From: the human T2T-CHM13v2.0 reference genome, Homo sapiens
Assembly (NCBI RefSeq): GCF_009914755.1
Contig: NC_060931.1
Direction: 5' to 3' (one strand)
DNA: 64,000 bases
Made by a program: the position numbers and the translations under genes. Positions within the stretch are counted from its first letter, which is position 1. Every line of letters begins with the position of its first letter. Under the pieces are notes generated by a model. It saw only the letters and a list, made by a program, of their open reading frames with translations, was not told the DNA's origin and did not search any database. Shown here piece after piece: positions 17,631-37,894 of the stretch.

Positions 17631-18656
17631 AGAATGAGAACACATGGACACAGGAAGGGGAACATCACACTCTGGGGACTGTTGTGGGGTGGGGGGAGGG
17701 GGGAGGGATAGCTTTAGGAGATATACCTAATGCTAAATGACGAGTTAATGGGTGCAGCACACCAGCATGGCACATGTATACATATGTAACTAACCTGCAC
17801 ATTGTGCACCTGTACCCTAAAACTTAAAGTATAATAATAATAAAATTAAAAAAAGTCTGTTTGTATGGAAATAAAACATGTCATTTGTGAAATTAACAAA
17901 AAAATCAATTCTTCCTTCAGTAATGCCTCAGAAAAAGTGTGTTTTGTTCTGTCTTGCCAAGGGTTTGAAACTCTTGTTTCTATCCCTGTCCTCTCATCCT
18001 AGGCTCTCTTGGATCCAGTCAACACTCAGGGTGGCTGAATGAGTGCAGTTGAAGTGGCTTCTGCTATTGGGGCATGAACCTCTCTGCCCATGGCAAGGAC
18101 TTGGGACAGGTATGGCTTCTACTCATGGCAGTTGAGATAAATGCTGAATTTCTAGAGTCTCAGGAGTTAACAGTTACAGGGTCCAAGTCATAAACTCAGA
18201 AATGAAGATAAGTAGCAGCCCCAGACTGGGAGGACTAGGTCTAACATTTCTCCGGGAATGAACTATTTCCAAAGTACATATATTAACATTCAAGACTCGC
18301 TGAAAATACTCACAGTGCTACCGAGGTCCTGACTGGGGAGATTCTCTCCCTTCCCCTAAGTGAAAATGTCAGTGTTCAGCTTCCTGAGCGAAGTTTGCAG
18401 CTCACATCTCCTCTGACCCAGTATCACTGAGCATCTTAATTAGGTGAAAGGGTCTACATATCTTTCTTTCTGGACTTGAGGTTGTCCTCTGTGTTGCTGT
18501 GTGTGAGGGTTCAAGCTGTGAGTCACTTATTTCCTTCTTAGCAGGCGAGGGAATTTTGTATGGAAGGCTAAACAAAGACAGTTTCTCTCCCTGGTGTTTA
18601 AAGCAAATCTCTCCAGTATGGGGACAGGTAGAGAAAGAGACCCAGGCTTATTTAGG

Positions 18657-18838
18657 ACAGTGATTCTCGATCCTCACTATCTGTCCCTTAGAGTCCCTGA
18701 AGAACTTTGACAAATGCTGATGTCCAAGCCAAACCCACAATCAATTAAAGGACAACCTCTGGGGATGGAACCTAGGCATGCGTTTTTTTTTAAGTGCCTC
18801 AGGGGATTCCAATAAGCAGTCCAATGTGAGCACCAGTG
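18657..18838. mobile_element. MER5B-like DNA transposon
   Basis: CAGTGATTCTC..CTCTGGGGATGGAACCTAGGCAT..CAGGGGATTCCAAT. Confidence 0.65.
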
Positions 18839-18859
18839 TTTTGCAATCTGTGTCATTCC

Positions 18860-19030
18860 ACTTGTGTTCTGTGGAGCAGCAGTGCAAGTATTACCTGGGA
18901 GCTGGCCGGGAAAACAGAATCTTAGGTCCTGCTCCAGGGCTCCTGGGTCATCCAGATCACCTGGATCAGAATCTGCATGTCAGCAAGGTTTTCAGTAGAG
19001 CTATGTGCACCTTAGAGCTTGGAAGCACTG
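18860..19030. mobile_element. MER5A-like DNA transposon
   Basis: TTACCTGGGAGCT..ATCAGAATCTGCAT..GGAAGCACTG. Confidence 0.65.
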
Positions 19031-19333
19031 GGTTAAGTCCCCGTTGGAAAGAATCTTCATGACTGCTGACAGTTCCAAGTCTTCTCACCCTCCACTCCTG
19101 TGAGTTGCTTTCCGACTCCTCCCACATTTAGGGAGATATAGACCAGTGATATTGTCCATCCCAGGGGTGACGTGGTGCCTAAAAGTCAACTCTGACTTCT
19201 TCACCATCACGTGACACAAAAGGGTTGATTGCAGAGCTTTACAACCATTCTAGTACCAAACGCTGCCCATCAGGCTAGCTAATGACAAGATGATAATGAT
19301 TAGTAATAATCGTTGCATTTATTGATGACCTAC

Positions 19334-19838
19334 TGTATTAGACAGGGTTCTCGAGAGGGACAGAACTAATAGGATAGATGTATACATAAAAGGGAGTTGA
19401 TGGAGGGGTGACTCATAAGATCACAAGGTGAGGTCCCATAATAGGCCATCTGCGAGCCGAAGAGCAAGGAAGCCAGTCTGAATACCCAAACCTCAAAAAT
19501 AGGGAAGCCGACAGTACAGCCTTCAATCTGTGGTCGAAGGTCCAAGAGTCCTAAAGCTGAAGACCTTGGGGTCTGATGGTCAAGGGCAGGAAGCATCCAG
19601 CACAGGAGAAAGATAGAGGCCAGAAGACTCAGGCAGTCTAGTCTTTTCCCATTCTTCTGCCTGCTTTTATTCTGGCCATGCTGGCAGCTGATTAGACGGT
19701 GCCCACCCAGATTGAGGGTGGGTACGCCTTTCCCAGTTCACTGACTCAAATGTTAATCTTTTTTGGCAATACCCTCACAGACACACCCAGGAACAATACT
19801 TTGACTCCTTTGATCCAATCAAGTTACTAACCATCACA
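19334..19838 (-). mobile_element. MLT2A (HERV-L) solo LTR, probably MLT2A2, inserted into a MIR
   Basis: TGTATTAG..GGGTTCTC.AGAGGGACAGAAC to CCATCACA; perfect 5-bp TSD CCTAC. Confidence 0.9.
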
Positions 19839-20005
19839 CCTACTATGTGCCAGGCACGTAGCATAGAGTGCTTCATTTAATTCTTCTGGTAAACGTGTCA
19901 ATAATACTGTCCTCAACTTACAGATGAGGTAGCAGAGACTCAGAGAATGAAGTCACTTGTCCAACAAGTTTACGCAGCTGGAAAGTAGCGGGTGGTAAGT
20001 GGCTG
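19839..20005 (-). mobile_element. MIR (continues from about 19290-19333)
   Basis: CCTACTATGTGCCAGGCAC..TTACAGATGAGG..AGTCACTTGTCCAA. Confidence 0.75.
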
Positions 20006-20147
20006 GTTTCCTTTCCTTCACCTCATCGTTCTTAGAAGGCTAACGGTAGGGTGATAAGGAAGGAGAGAAGGGAAAATAGCAGAGGAAGTGAGGGGAAGGA
20101 GGGAGGGAGGAGAAGTGCGCTCAGATTAATTAGAAACAGTGAGAGAG

Positions 20148-20410
20148 GGCCAGGTGCAGTGGCTAATGCCTGTAATCCCGGCACTTTGGGAGGCCGAGGA
20201 GAGTGAATCACATAAAGCCAGGAGTTGGAGACCAGCCTGGCCCATGTGGTGAAACCCCATCCCTACTAAAAAAAAAAAAAAAAAAAAAAATACAAAAATT
20301 AGCCGGGCATGGTGGTGCATTCCTGTAATCCCAGCCACTTGGGAGGCTAAGGCACAAGAATCACTTGAGCCTGGGAAGCGGAGGTTGCAGTGAGCTGAGA
20401 TCATGCCACT
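20148..20410 (+). mobile_element. AluS, 3'-truncated, with expanded central A tract
   Basis: Alu sequence stops at GAGATCATGCCACT with no tail. Confidence 0.9.
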
Positions 20411-20628
20411 CAGTTAGGACTTGTGGTTGCAAGTGATGGAAACCTAACATTCCCTAATGCAATCACAAAGAGGTATTGGCTCATTGAACATGTCCATGGG
20501 CAGGTGGACTTCAGTTTCTTCCTGTCTTTTCTTCATCTTTCAGTTCTCCTTTTCTCTGTGATGACTATCTCCCGACAGGCTTTTTCTCGTAGTGGCAAAG
20601 ATATTCCCTATCAGTATCAGTCCTATGC

Positions 20629-20991
20629 TGTATTAGTCCATTCTCATGCAGCTATGAAGAAATACCTGAGACTGGGTAATTTATAAAGAAAGAAGGTTTA
20701 ATGGACTCACAGTTCCACGTGGCTGGGGAGGCCTCAGGCAACTTATGATTATGGTGGAAGGCACCTCTTCACAGGATGGCAGGACAGAGAATGAGTGGAA
20801 GAAGGGGAAATGCCAGACACTTATAAAGCCATCAGATCTCGTGAGACTCACTCATTATCACGAGAACAGCATGAGGGAAACTGCCCCCATGATTCCTTTA
20901 CCTCCACTTGGTCCTGTCCTTGACATGTGGGGATTATGGAACTACAACTGAAGATGAGATTTGGGTGGGGACACAGAGCCAAACCATATCA
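20629..20991 (-). mobile_element. THE1 (C-like) solo LTR nested in an older MLT1 relic (about 20410-21215)
   Basis: TGTATTAGTCCATTCTCA...CCAAACCATATCA; TSD TATGC/TAAGC. Confidence 0.9.
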
Positions 20992-21304
20992 TAAGCGTTG
21001 TCAGCTTAGAAACCTAGAGCAGTAACTCCCTAAACTCTCCTAAAATCCTTCATATTGACAGTGGTTGGCCAGGCCCTGGTCATCCATTTCTGAAGGCAGG
21101 AGGTGATGATGCCGTGAGAGAGTTGGAGGGGCAGTTCCCCCAAGGACAATTGCAGTACTGTTACCAAAAAGGGGGAAAGAATGCAGGCCAGACAGGAATC
21201 CTTAAACTGGACATTCTTTGCTTTCCCCTCCAGATCTACTCTCCACCTGTCTCCTCCCTCCTCTCTGCCCCAAGAGTGATTTCTATGGCTAACATATGTC
21301 TGTT

Positions 21305-21661
21305 TGATATGGTTTGGCTGTGTCCCCACCCAAATCTCACCTTGAATTGCAATAATTCCTTCGTATGAAGGGCACGGCTAGGTGGAAATAATTGAATCAT
21401 GGGGGTGGTTTCCCCTGTACTGTTCTCATGGTAGTGAACAAGTCTCACAAGATCTGATGGTTTTATAAATGGGAGTTCCCCTGCACAAGGTCTCTTGTCT
21501 GCCGCCATGTAAGACATCCCTTTGCTCTTCCTTTATCCTCTGCCATGATTGTGAGGCCTCCCCAGCCATGTGGAATTGGGAGTCCATTAAATCTTTTTTT
21601 TTAAATAAATTACCCAGTCTCAGGTATGTCTTTATTAGTAGCATGAGAACAGACTAATACA
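21305..21661 (+). mobile_element. THE1 (B/D-like) solo LTR
   Basis: TGATATGGTTTGGCTGTGTCCCCACCCAAATCTC...GACTAATACA; TSD CTGTT/CTATT. Confidence 0.92.
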
Positions 21662-21669
21662 CTATTATT

Positions 21670-24320
<2,651 letters not shown>

Positions 24321-24507
24321 ACTATCTGAACGTGCCATCTGTTTCCTGCCAGGACCCTAAAAAATAAAAAATGCTCGCTGCAAAGTGAAAATTTATGTGA
24401 TGAAGGTGGATTCCCTAGTCCCTACTCAATGAATTATTGCACTGACTTGATGCCCATTCTCTCAGCTTTTTAGCTTCAAGAGATTTGGTTTTAAAATATA
24501 TCCACTA

Positions 24508-24782
24508 GGCCGGGCACTGTGGCTAACGCCTGTAATCCTAGCACTTTGGGAGGCCGAGGTGGGTGGACTGCCTGAGCTCAAGAGTTCGAGACCAGCCTGG
24601 ACAACACAGTGAAACCCTGTCTCTACTAAAATACAAAAAATTATCTGGGCCTGGCAGCGCATGCCTGTAATCCCAGCTACTCGGGTGGCTGACGCAGGAG
24701 AACCCCTTGAATCCGGGAGGCGGAAGTTGTAGTGAGCCGATATTGTGCCACTGCACTCCAGCCTGGGCGTCTCCAAAAAAAA
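24508..24782 (+). mobile_element. AluS
   Basis: Dimeric Alu; TSD ATATATCCACTA, with a (TA)-expanded 3' copy. Confidence 0.92.
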
Positions 24783-24811
24783 CATATCTATATATCTATA
24801 TATATCTCCAC

Positions 24812-25268
24812 TAGTAATTTGATACTCCTTCCTTCCAAAATGGAGCCTAATTCTCCTCCTTCTGAGTGTGAACTAGACTCAGTGAATTGCTTCTAGGGAA
24901 CAGAATATGGCAGAAATGATGGCGTATGGTTTCTGAGACTAGGTGATAGGAGGCGTTGTGGTTTCTACCTCATGATTCACTCTGAGAGAAACCAGCCGCC
25001 ATGTTGTGACATCACTCAAGGAGCTCCATGGGAAGTTCCACCAAGTGAAGCCTCTGTGACTGAGTCACTTTGGAAGAGAATCCTCAAGTCTTCTGACTGT
25101 AGCCCCAGCCAACATCTGACTGCAAACCCATGATACAAATCCAGCCAGAACCACCCAGTTAAACTGCTCCTGAATTCCTGACCCCCGGGAACCACAAGGT
25201 AATAAACGACTATTGTTCTAAGCCACTGTGTGTTGGAGTGATTTGTTATGCAGCGTTTGACAATACAA
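24812..25268 (+). mobile_element. MLT1E/F-like LTR
   Basis: CCAGCCGCCATGTTGTGA..CCAGAACCACCCAGTTAA..TTTGTTATGCAGC..AATACA. Confidence 0.8.
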
Positions 25269-26140
25269 AAGACATTGCCACCTTCTCTCAGAATTTGTTA
25301 AGCTCTAAAAATGACAAAGATGGGTCTGAAGGAACAAGGATTTCTGGACCTGGAGGCTCTTTCAGAAGTTAGATCCCATGAGGATGGGGCATTGCTCTAA
25401 GAAGAGGTTGGTGAGCATTGTATGTGAAAACACTTCGTAGGTGATAAATACGGCATAAACACATTATTGTTACTGGAAGGTTTGTTATAGCCTTCAAGCT
25501 TACACTCGATGTCATCTTAGCCGGCATCCTTCTTTCTATCCCAACACATCAGGTCTTTGATAATTTGTGTTCTTCTAAGAAAGGACCCCCAGGGTCCTGC
25601 CCTCCCAGGACCGACATGCTGACCAGGCACTTGATGTGGACATGTCAGACCACCCACATTCTACTTCCTTCAGTTGCTTTTTCTAGAATGCCAGCCAGGA
25701 GGGACGGGTACACTCTGAATTTTGATCTCATGTGGGTGGGTGATCTGCTTTCTAATTAAAGTTCCCTGCCCGGCCCCTTCTGCGGAACGTTTCACCCAGG
25801 AGAAAAGACCTGAAGCAATTGTGTCAAAGGGTAGGAAAGCATTTACACAGCAAGGGAGGTCTTGCTTAGCAATTGGGGGAGAAAGAGAGAGAAAGATTTG
25901 CCTCCAGCTGCCATTCTGAACTGTACCGTTTGTACAAAGTGGAACGTAAGTTTCTGTTTTCTGAAAAGGGGACAAGTTGCTATTGATAAAGCAGGAGGTC
26001 ACATCCATCTCCATTTGCATACAAATTACTTTCTCATCTACTTTCCAAGGGGGAGAAAGAGCTGCTTTATCGTTCTCAGAGGGAGCAAACTCTCCACGGG
26101 TTGCCTTGTATATTTGTCAGAACTTTTTGGATGCAAGTGA

Positions 26141-26484
<344 letters not shown>

Positions 26485-26619
26485 CACTAAACTGGTCATT
26501 TTTGATCTATCTCATCAAATCACAAAAGTAGAAAAGTCTTTCACTTAATAGGGGATGCAAATGCCATCTTCCATCTTATCTCCTCTTTTATCTAATCAAC
26601 TGCCTTTATTCTCTCCCCA

Positions 26620-27670
<1,051 letters not shown>

Positions 27671-27676
27671 AAACTT

Positions 27677-28253
<577 letters not shown>

Positions 28254-28289
28254 ATCTACAGATAGGCAATAAATTTAAAATTATTACAT

Positions 28290-28786
28290 GAACTTGTTGA
28301 CATTCCTCTCTCCAAAATGGAGCCCAATTCGCCTCCCATTAAACGGGGATGGACTTAGTAACTTCTAATAGAGTACTTCTAATAAATAGAAGTGGCAAGG
28401 TGTGACTTCTGAAGCTAAATTATAAAAGGCATTGTGTGAATTCCTCTTTGTGTTCTCTCTTGGATCACCGGCTCTGGGAAGAGCCGGCCGCCATGTTGTG
28501 AGAACACTCAAGCAGCCCTCTGAGGAAGCCCCCATGGTGAGGAGCTGTGGCCTCCTACCAACAGCCATGCGAGTGAGTTTGGAAGTGGATCCTCTAGTCT
28601 CAGTTGAGCCTTTGGATGATGCAGCCCTGGCCAGCATCTTGATTGTATCCTCATGAGAGTCCCCGAGCCAGAACCACTCAGCTAAATCACTTGCAAATTC
28701 CCGGCCCAAAGAAACTGACATAATAAACGTGTATTTTTTTAAGCCATTAAGTTTTCTAGCAATTTGTTATACAGAATTAGACAATA
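28290..28786 (+). mobile_element. MLT1E/F-like LTR
   Basis: GCCGCCATGTTGTGAG..GGAAGTGGATCC..CCAGAACCACTCAGCTAA..AATTTGTTATACAG. Confidence 0.85.
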
Positions 28787-29777
28787 TAGCAACTTCTTAG
28801 ATCATTCTTACAGCCTTTATGACATTTATATTCAAATAATTAACTGTGGAATGCATGGTTTGGAAATGTCTGTTGCAGTCCCTGCTGTACCCTCAGGGTC
28901 CTGACCTGGTAAATGCTTATAGAACTGAACTTCATGCTGGGAGACAGTGGTATGCCAGGCAAAACAGACACCTGAAGCCCATTGTTTCTAATATGCCTCT
29001 CCTCTATAGACAAAATCATTTTCTATCACCATGATGCAACAGATACTGTTTGAATGCAGTAAAATCTCTCTCGTATACACTAACGTTTGCACATATGGAA
29101 CAAAACATGACACTTCTCTGTTCTTTTGTTTTGCTGTTTTAATTGTAAAATAAAAACTCCAAGTGGTCACAAGGAAAGGCAGAATTAAAGTAATTCAAAT
29201 TCTCTTTGTCTTCATAATGACTGTGCTATTGTTTATTTTGAATCTACTAAACACAGTTGATATGTAATATGCAATGCCACAGGGGATGGGGACCTGAACT
29301 CCACACCAACTGAGCCCTAGTGATTCAGAATCTTGGCAGACTTCCTCTTCACATGAACACGTGCTTCTGGGTCCCTGAGTGTTGGGGTCGATTACACAAC
29401 AGGGACGTCTCCAAATTAACCTCCGCATCGAAGACTATTTTAGAGGACAAGTCATTCAATGTGCTAATCCATAGCGATATTATTAAAACTCAACAGTAAC
29501 TGTGGCAATTGTCCAGAAATTAGACCAACAAAGAGATTGAGGGGGAGGCATATGTTATCCGTGGCACTGTGTAGAATCACATGTGGTGAGAATGAAAAGC
29601 AGATTGATTTTGAGTTGGTTTTGTTTTAAAATTCTCTACAGGCCACGCACTCCCGATCACACCCTCTCCGACCCCCAAGGTGGACGGGCTCCTACTCTTT
29701 GTATGCCACTTCTGGAAGAGCAGGGAAAGATGGATCCATTTGTGAGCTATGAGCAAGACACCGTGCTGGGCACCTGC

Positions 29778-29959
29778 TTTTTTTTGAGATGGAGTCTCGC
29801 TCTGTCACCCAGGCCGGAGTGCAGTGGCGCGATCTTGGCTTACTGCAAGCTCCGCCTCTCGGGTTCACGCCATTCTCCTGCCTCAGCCTCCTGAACAGCT
29901 GGGACCACAGGCATCCAACACCATGCCTGGCTAATTTTTTATTTTTAGTAGAGACGGGG
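29778..29959 (-). mobile_element. AluY, 5'-truncated
   Basis: Y diagnostics GCAAGCTCCGCC..GGTTCACGCCATTC; 15-bp TSD TGGGCAC(C/T)TGCTTTT. Confidence 0.92.
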
Positions 29960-29993
29960 TGGGCACTTGCTTTTAATGGAACAGGGCTAGCAT

Positions 29994-30007
29994 CCGCCAT
30001 CTAGTGA
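29994..30007 (-). promoter_or_regulatory. Candidate CTCF site
   Basis: Minus strand TCACTAGATGGCGG compared with consensus CCAC(C/T)AG(A/G)(G/T)GGC(A/G)(C/G). Confidence 0.4.
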
Positions 30008-31384
30008 TTTCTGTGGCATGCTTGCAGACATACTCAAGGACAGTGGTCCAGGCAGCAGTTCCTCTGGGATAACACTGGGCCCCCCAGTGACAGCCCAGGG
30101 TGGGGTAGGTCCATCCCCCGATCCAGCTGTAGTTCTGCAGCTCCTGCTGCTCTGACGGAGCCTGGGTCCCGAACGGCAGAGCCCTCCCGGAGCAGAGCAG
30201 GGGTTGTTAAAGACACTTTGGATCTTGTGAGGTGACAGCTCCATTTCCCACGCACAGGCTTTAAAATGCATTTAAATATTTCAAATAGTCTCTCAATTTT
30301 TTAGAATTCATAAATCTGGAATACTAACAAGATCATAAAAAAGCCCACTCCCAACCAATAGGAAACAGAATCGATGTATTCGTATGTTTATCATTTATTT
30401 CCATTTCCCACCTGGATAGTCCCCGGAGATTTGATTTCTTGTTTCCTAGAGAATCTGAAGACAGAAAACAGAACTTGGTGTTAAATAATCTGTAACCTAC
30501 ACCTGTTCAAACTACCGGCAAGACACTAATCATTTGTCCTGATGCACAAACATCAATCCAGGGCACATGAAATTTTAACTATCAATAAATATTCCGACAT
30601 CTGCACACATGCAGCATCTAATTCCAGCATCAAAATGCAGATAAGCACGAATAGATATTTGGATTTATAGCAAAACGAGTCTCATCTGGAAACCCCTCCC
30701 AGGAAGGTCTGGCAGGCTGGGTGTAAGGAATTTGGGACGATGCCTGCATTTCCTCTGCCCGTTTCTACCAAGTCGGTCCTGTAATCCTGTTTAATTAATA
30801 ATAAACATTGCAGGATTTTTTCCCCCCATTTGAATTATGTTTGAAATGTGATGGCTGGATGCTTCTTATAAAAATGCTTTGAAAAATAAACCGTGTCAGA
30901 AATGAGTGATTTATCATCACTCAGAATGCTGGCAGGGGAAATCTCAGAAAAGGAGAGAATTGATGTTGCTTCCTGCCGGCATTTCTACTACAGAGCTGGT
31001 CCAATTTGCTTTCTTCCTGTGCCCATGCATGGGGCAGCTTTTGCATGAGGCACTCCCCTCACTTGTTTCGTGTCTTTTTTTTTTTTTTTTTCCCTCTCTC
31101 CCAGGATCTGCCCAGGCCTTTGGAGGCCAGACCTCCCTGATGGCACAGTGGCAGGCATCTGGGTCCTTGGGGAACTCCCCATGATGCACACCAGGCACCA
31201 GCCAACGTCAAAGGTCAGGAGAAAGGAGCTCTTGAGGTCTGGATGACTTCAAATGAGCTGCATCCCACTGAAGCGTTCAGTCTGCCGAGCTTTCAGGCCA
31301 AGGTTCCTGATCAGATTCTGTTCAATCACAAGGTACAGCTCTGCCGTCCATAATCTGCTCTGTTAGGAATACAGCAATTATTGA

Positions 31385-31712
<328 letters not shown>

Positions 31713-31929
31713 CTGGATAATGCCCTGTTCTAAGACCTTTGTATGCACAATTGCACTTGATCTTCACCAAAGTTGGTATTCATTGCATCCCCATTTTGCA
31801 GATGACATAACCAAGATACACACACAACAAGCAAGAGGCCAAAGCCAGGAAAGTAACCCAAACAGTCCGATTCCAGAACCCAGACTCTTAATCACTTCAC
31901 TGTGTTATTTATTATTATTAATAATAGAA

Positions 31930-32208
<279 letters not shown>

Positions 32209-32214
32209 AGTCTT

Positions 32215-32400
32215 TCTCAGCACTCTATACCAAGTGATATGCCGGGCCCTGCGTAGATACTATGTCTTTACTCTTATATGATTGAGATCATTGTCCTTGT
32301 TTGACTATTGAGGAAACTGAGGTTACCAGAGTGAAGTGAATTGTTTAAAGAAAGTCTTGAACCAACACAAGGACCCAGGTCCTCCCAGATCCATAGCTCA
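32215..32400 (-). mobile_element. MIR
   Basis: TGAGGAAACTGAGG..GAAGTGAATTG..GACCCAGGTC. Confidence 0.65.
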
Positions 32401-32689
32401 TTTTCAACGTACTTACTTAGTGTCAGTCTGCTTGACTGACATGACAGATGGGTGGTGGGGACTGCGGTCTTGGTGGGGAGATCTCTGGAGATCCACCCTT
32501 TGGAACAACATAGATGCTTCAGTTTCAGATTTCTCACGTCCAGTGTCTGTTCTGTTTTTTTGTTTTTGTTTTTTTTCCTTTGCTGAATTTAAGCAGCCCC
32601 AGCAGAGAAAGCCAACGAATGGTGATGTGAAAAAAGCCGTGTGGACCCGTTCCTCTCCATCACCCATCAGATGGTTTCCAATCAGGAAG

Positions 32690-33538
<849 letters not shown>

Positions 33539-33572
33539 CACTTTATATTTTTATAAATATAAAAACATGAAA

Positions 33573-33940
33573 TGCTGGGTGTGGTGGCTCCTGCCTGTAA
33601 TCCCAGCACTTTAGGAGGCTGAGGCAGGAGGATCACTTGAGCCCTGGAGTTTAAGACCAGCCTAAGCAACAAAGAAGACCCTATCTCTACAAAAACACAA
33701 ACAAAAAACCAAAACAAAAAACAACAACAAAAAAACAAACAACAAAAAAACAACCACCACCACCACCACCACCACAAACAAAACTTAGCCAGGCATGGTG
33801 GCATGCACCTGTGGTCCCAGCTACTTGGGAGGATTGCTTGAGCCCATGAGACTCATGTTGCAGTGAGCTGTGATCGCATCACTGCACTCCAGCCTGAGTG
33901 ACAGAGCAAGACTCTATCTCAAAAACAAAAACAAAAACCC
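33573..33940 (+). mobile_element. AluJ with expanded (A/C)-rich linker
   Basis: Linker about 33690-33785 contains AAAC, CAA and (CAC)n runs. Confidence 0.9.
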
Positions 33941-35055
33941 AAAGACAGAAAACGTTGGCATTTGTCAATTTTGGGTGGTGAGAACCTGGGAACATGTTCT
34001 GTTATTCTCTGCACTTTTCTGTGTTTTGAACATTTCTAAAAATAATAATAAAATAAAATAACCCATGTGAAACTACATACTGAATTTCTATGGTCCTCTT
34101 CTTCCGTGAATAGTGAATGTGTTTTGGAGTGGGTCGGGTGGCAGAAGGAGGCTGAAGCCAGCTCCTTAAACAAGTTAATTTCCTGCCAACACGCTTTCCT
34201 CAGCTGTAGCACAGAGGGAAAGCAGAGAGCTGGCTGTGTTTGCAGCTTCATCTGGGAGACCTTTTAAAAAAAATCTGGACATTGTAGGCAATATTGATTA
34301 ACATATACATAGAGGCATGGGGTGGGGGGAGCAAATCAATCAATAAATGCATTTCTTCTGTTCCTGACCTTAGATAATGTGTGCTGATTAAGGGGCATGT
34401 CACTTGTTTTTAAAACCAGTGTTAAATATTAATTACAAATCATATGGCTTGACCCCAGGAGGGGCCACTGTCCCCCCTCCCTCGGGGCTCTCCCAGAGCT
34501 CTGAAAGCAGCCCACCCTCCTCTGCCTCCGAGAAACCAGGCAGATTTACATTAGGAATCACCATGATTATTGTTCTTTTTATGGTGGCTACTGTGGACAA
34601 GACAATTATGGAAACAGAATTCATTGTTCGAACAGGCTGAGCTCATGATATTACTGTGGATTTAAAAAAAATCATTTCTTGGCCAGGAATTAAAAATAGC
34701 TCATTCTCCCCCCCCCACCCCTCTCTTTCTCTTGCCAGATTTAGAATCTGAGGGAACCTTGATAGTTTCCCTCCTAGTTAATATTCCTGAGGCAACTTGC
34801 ATTTGCAACACGGTTGAGAATCATTTTATTTTAAACACCAGTTCTTCCCACTATTCCTGTGAGGGAGTTCCAAGTTATTAGCTCAGTTTTAAATACAAGG
34901 AGATGGGAGTGGAGAGGCTTGGGGCCTCTGCCGGGGACCAGGTCAGAGAAGTCTGCATGCTCAAGGAGAGCGGAATCTCAGTCCCTTCTCATCAGCTGCC
35001 TTTTCATCTGTCCTCAATGTGTTCTCTGCCACTTTAGCATGTAAGATTTCAATGA

Positions 35056-35358
<303 letters not shown>

Positions 35359-35689
35359 GATTTCAATGACAATTTTTTTTTTTTTAAAATGCACATGGAA
35401 ACAGAACCCCCTGGAGTAGCCCCAGCCAGGAGCAGAACTCAGGAGTCCTGATGCCCTAAGGTTCTTGCTAATCTTCTCCTCTGCACTGGGTTAAATGCTG
35501 TCTTCTCCCAAATTCACATCTACTTGGAACCTCAGAGTAAGATCTTGTTTGGACAAAAGGTTTAATTGCAGGTGCAATGAGATAAGACAAGGTCATGCTG
35601 CTCACAGCCTCACATTCCAGGGCCACCTCTTGCCTGACAATTCCTACCCCTCTCTTGGTTTGATTTCTTCAAAAGCTGTTTCCTAAACC

Positions 35690-36150
<461 letters not shown>

Positions 36151-36557
36151 TCTCACCATCACCTGTGACTCTAGCCCTGGCCCATCAGTGACTTTCTGGC
36201 CTCTGGGCTCACCTCCATCTAATCGACAGGTTGCTAACACCACCTGATGTCCTCAGAGCAAAGTACCTATTGACGGCCGGTGATGCAGTAGGCAAGCACT
36301 TCAGGCTTGGGGAGTTTAAGCTCTTTTATTGCCATGGCTTTTATGTGCTCTCTGCATTTGAGAGCTTTGCAACTTCATTAGTGTACAGAGTACTGCTGAA
36401 AGAATTCCTTGGTCGCCCCTCAGACCTTCTGATAAACAAACATTGTAAATGTAATAATCAGGTCACCACCATTAAAAATTATTATAATTAAAGATGATAC
36501 AAGCTGCCCGAACCCTTGATGAACCCACTGCCTTTGTTTGGAGCTGTTGTTAAATGA

Positions 36558-36838
<281 letters not shown>

Positions 36839-37554
36839 TTTGTAGCTGATCTTCCTATTTGCTTTCTTCCTAGAAGATCTTTCTACAAGTCTGTTCTATT
36901 CTGCTGATGTCATTTGTTTTGCATGTAACATTGCTAGGAGTCCAGGGGAAATCTTTATGCTCAAGGGCTGGGGGACGACGTTAGAAGCTATGATACAACT
37001 CCGAAATTAAAATAGGAAATAATTATTACAAGAGAAGAAATATCACACTTGTCTACACTAATGCACTTGACTATCAAACAAAGAGATCTTTAAGATGATG
37101 AAGCACGCACCACGCAGGAGAAAAGTGAGGAAAACGCGGCTACAATTTGTTCTGAGTCATATCTCTTATAGAAGGGATTGCATTCTGCTTTGTCATCATT
37201 TACTAAGAAAGTTGTTTGCAAATGAGAGGAAGGATTCAGGCTATGGAAACCGGCTCGAGGTCAGGCGGCGTGGAGTTGCCAGGGCTGCGGTTCTAAGACA
37301 AGTGTCTCACCCAGTTCGCACCCATCGCGAAACAGATTCAAGGCACAATTCAGACAGAAGGTGAAAAGGAGATCCTCACTCTGGCATGGGCTGAATATTT
37401 AATACCTCCAAAGTCAAAAATAAGAACGGCTATAAGAAGACAGACAATTATAGCCCTAGCAGAGAAATTTCACTGGGCCCTAATACACCCCGTGGGATAG
37501 TTTGCATTGTATTTTAGAGCTGGGAAAACAAGCTAAGAAAGGATATCTTCATGA

Positions 37555-37894
<340 letters not shown>

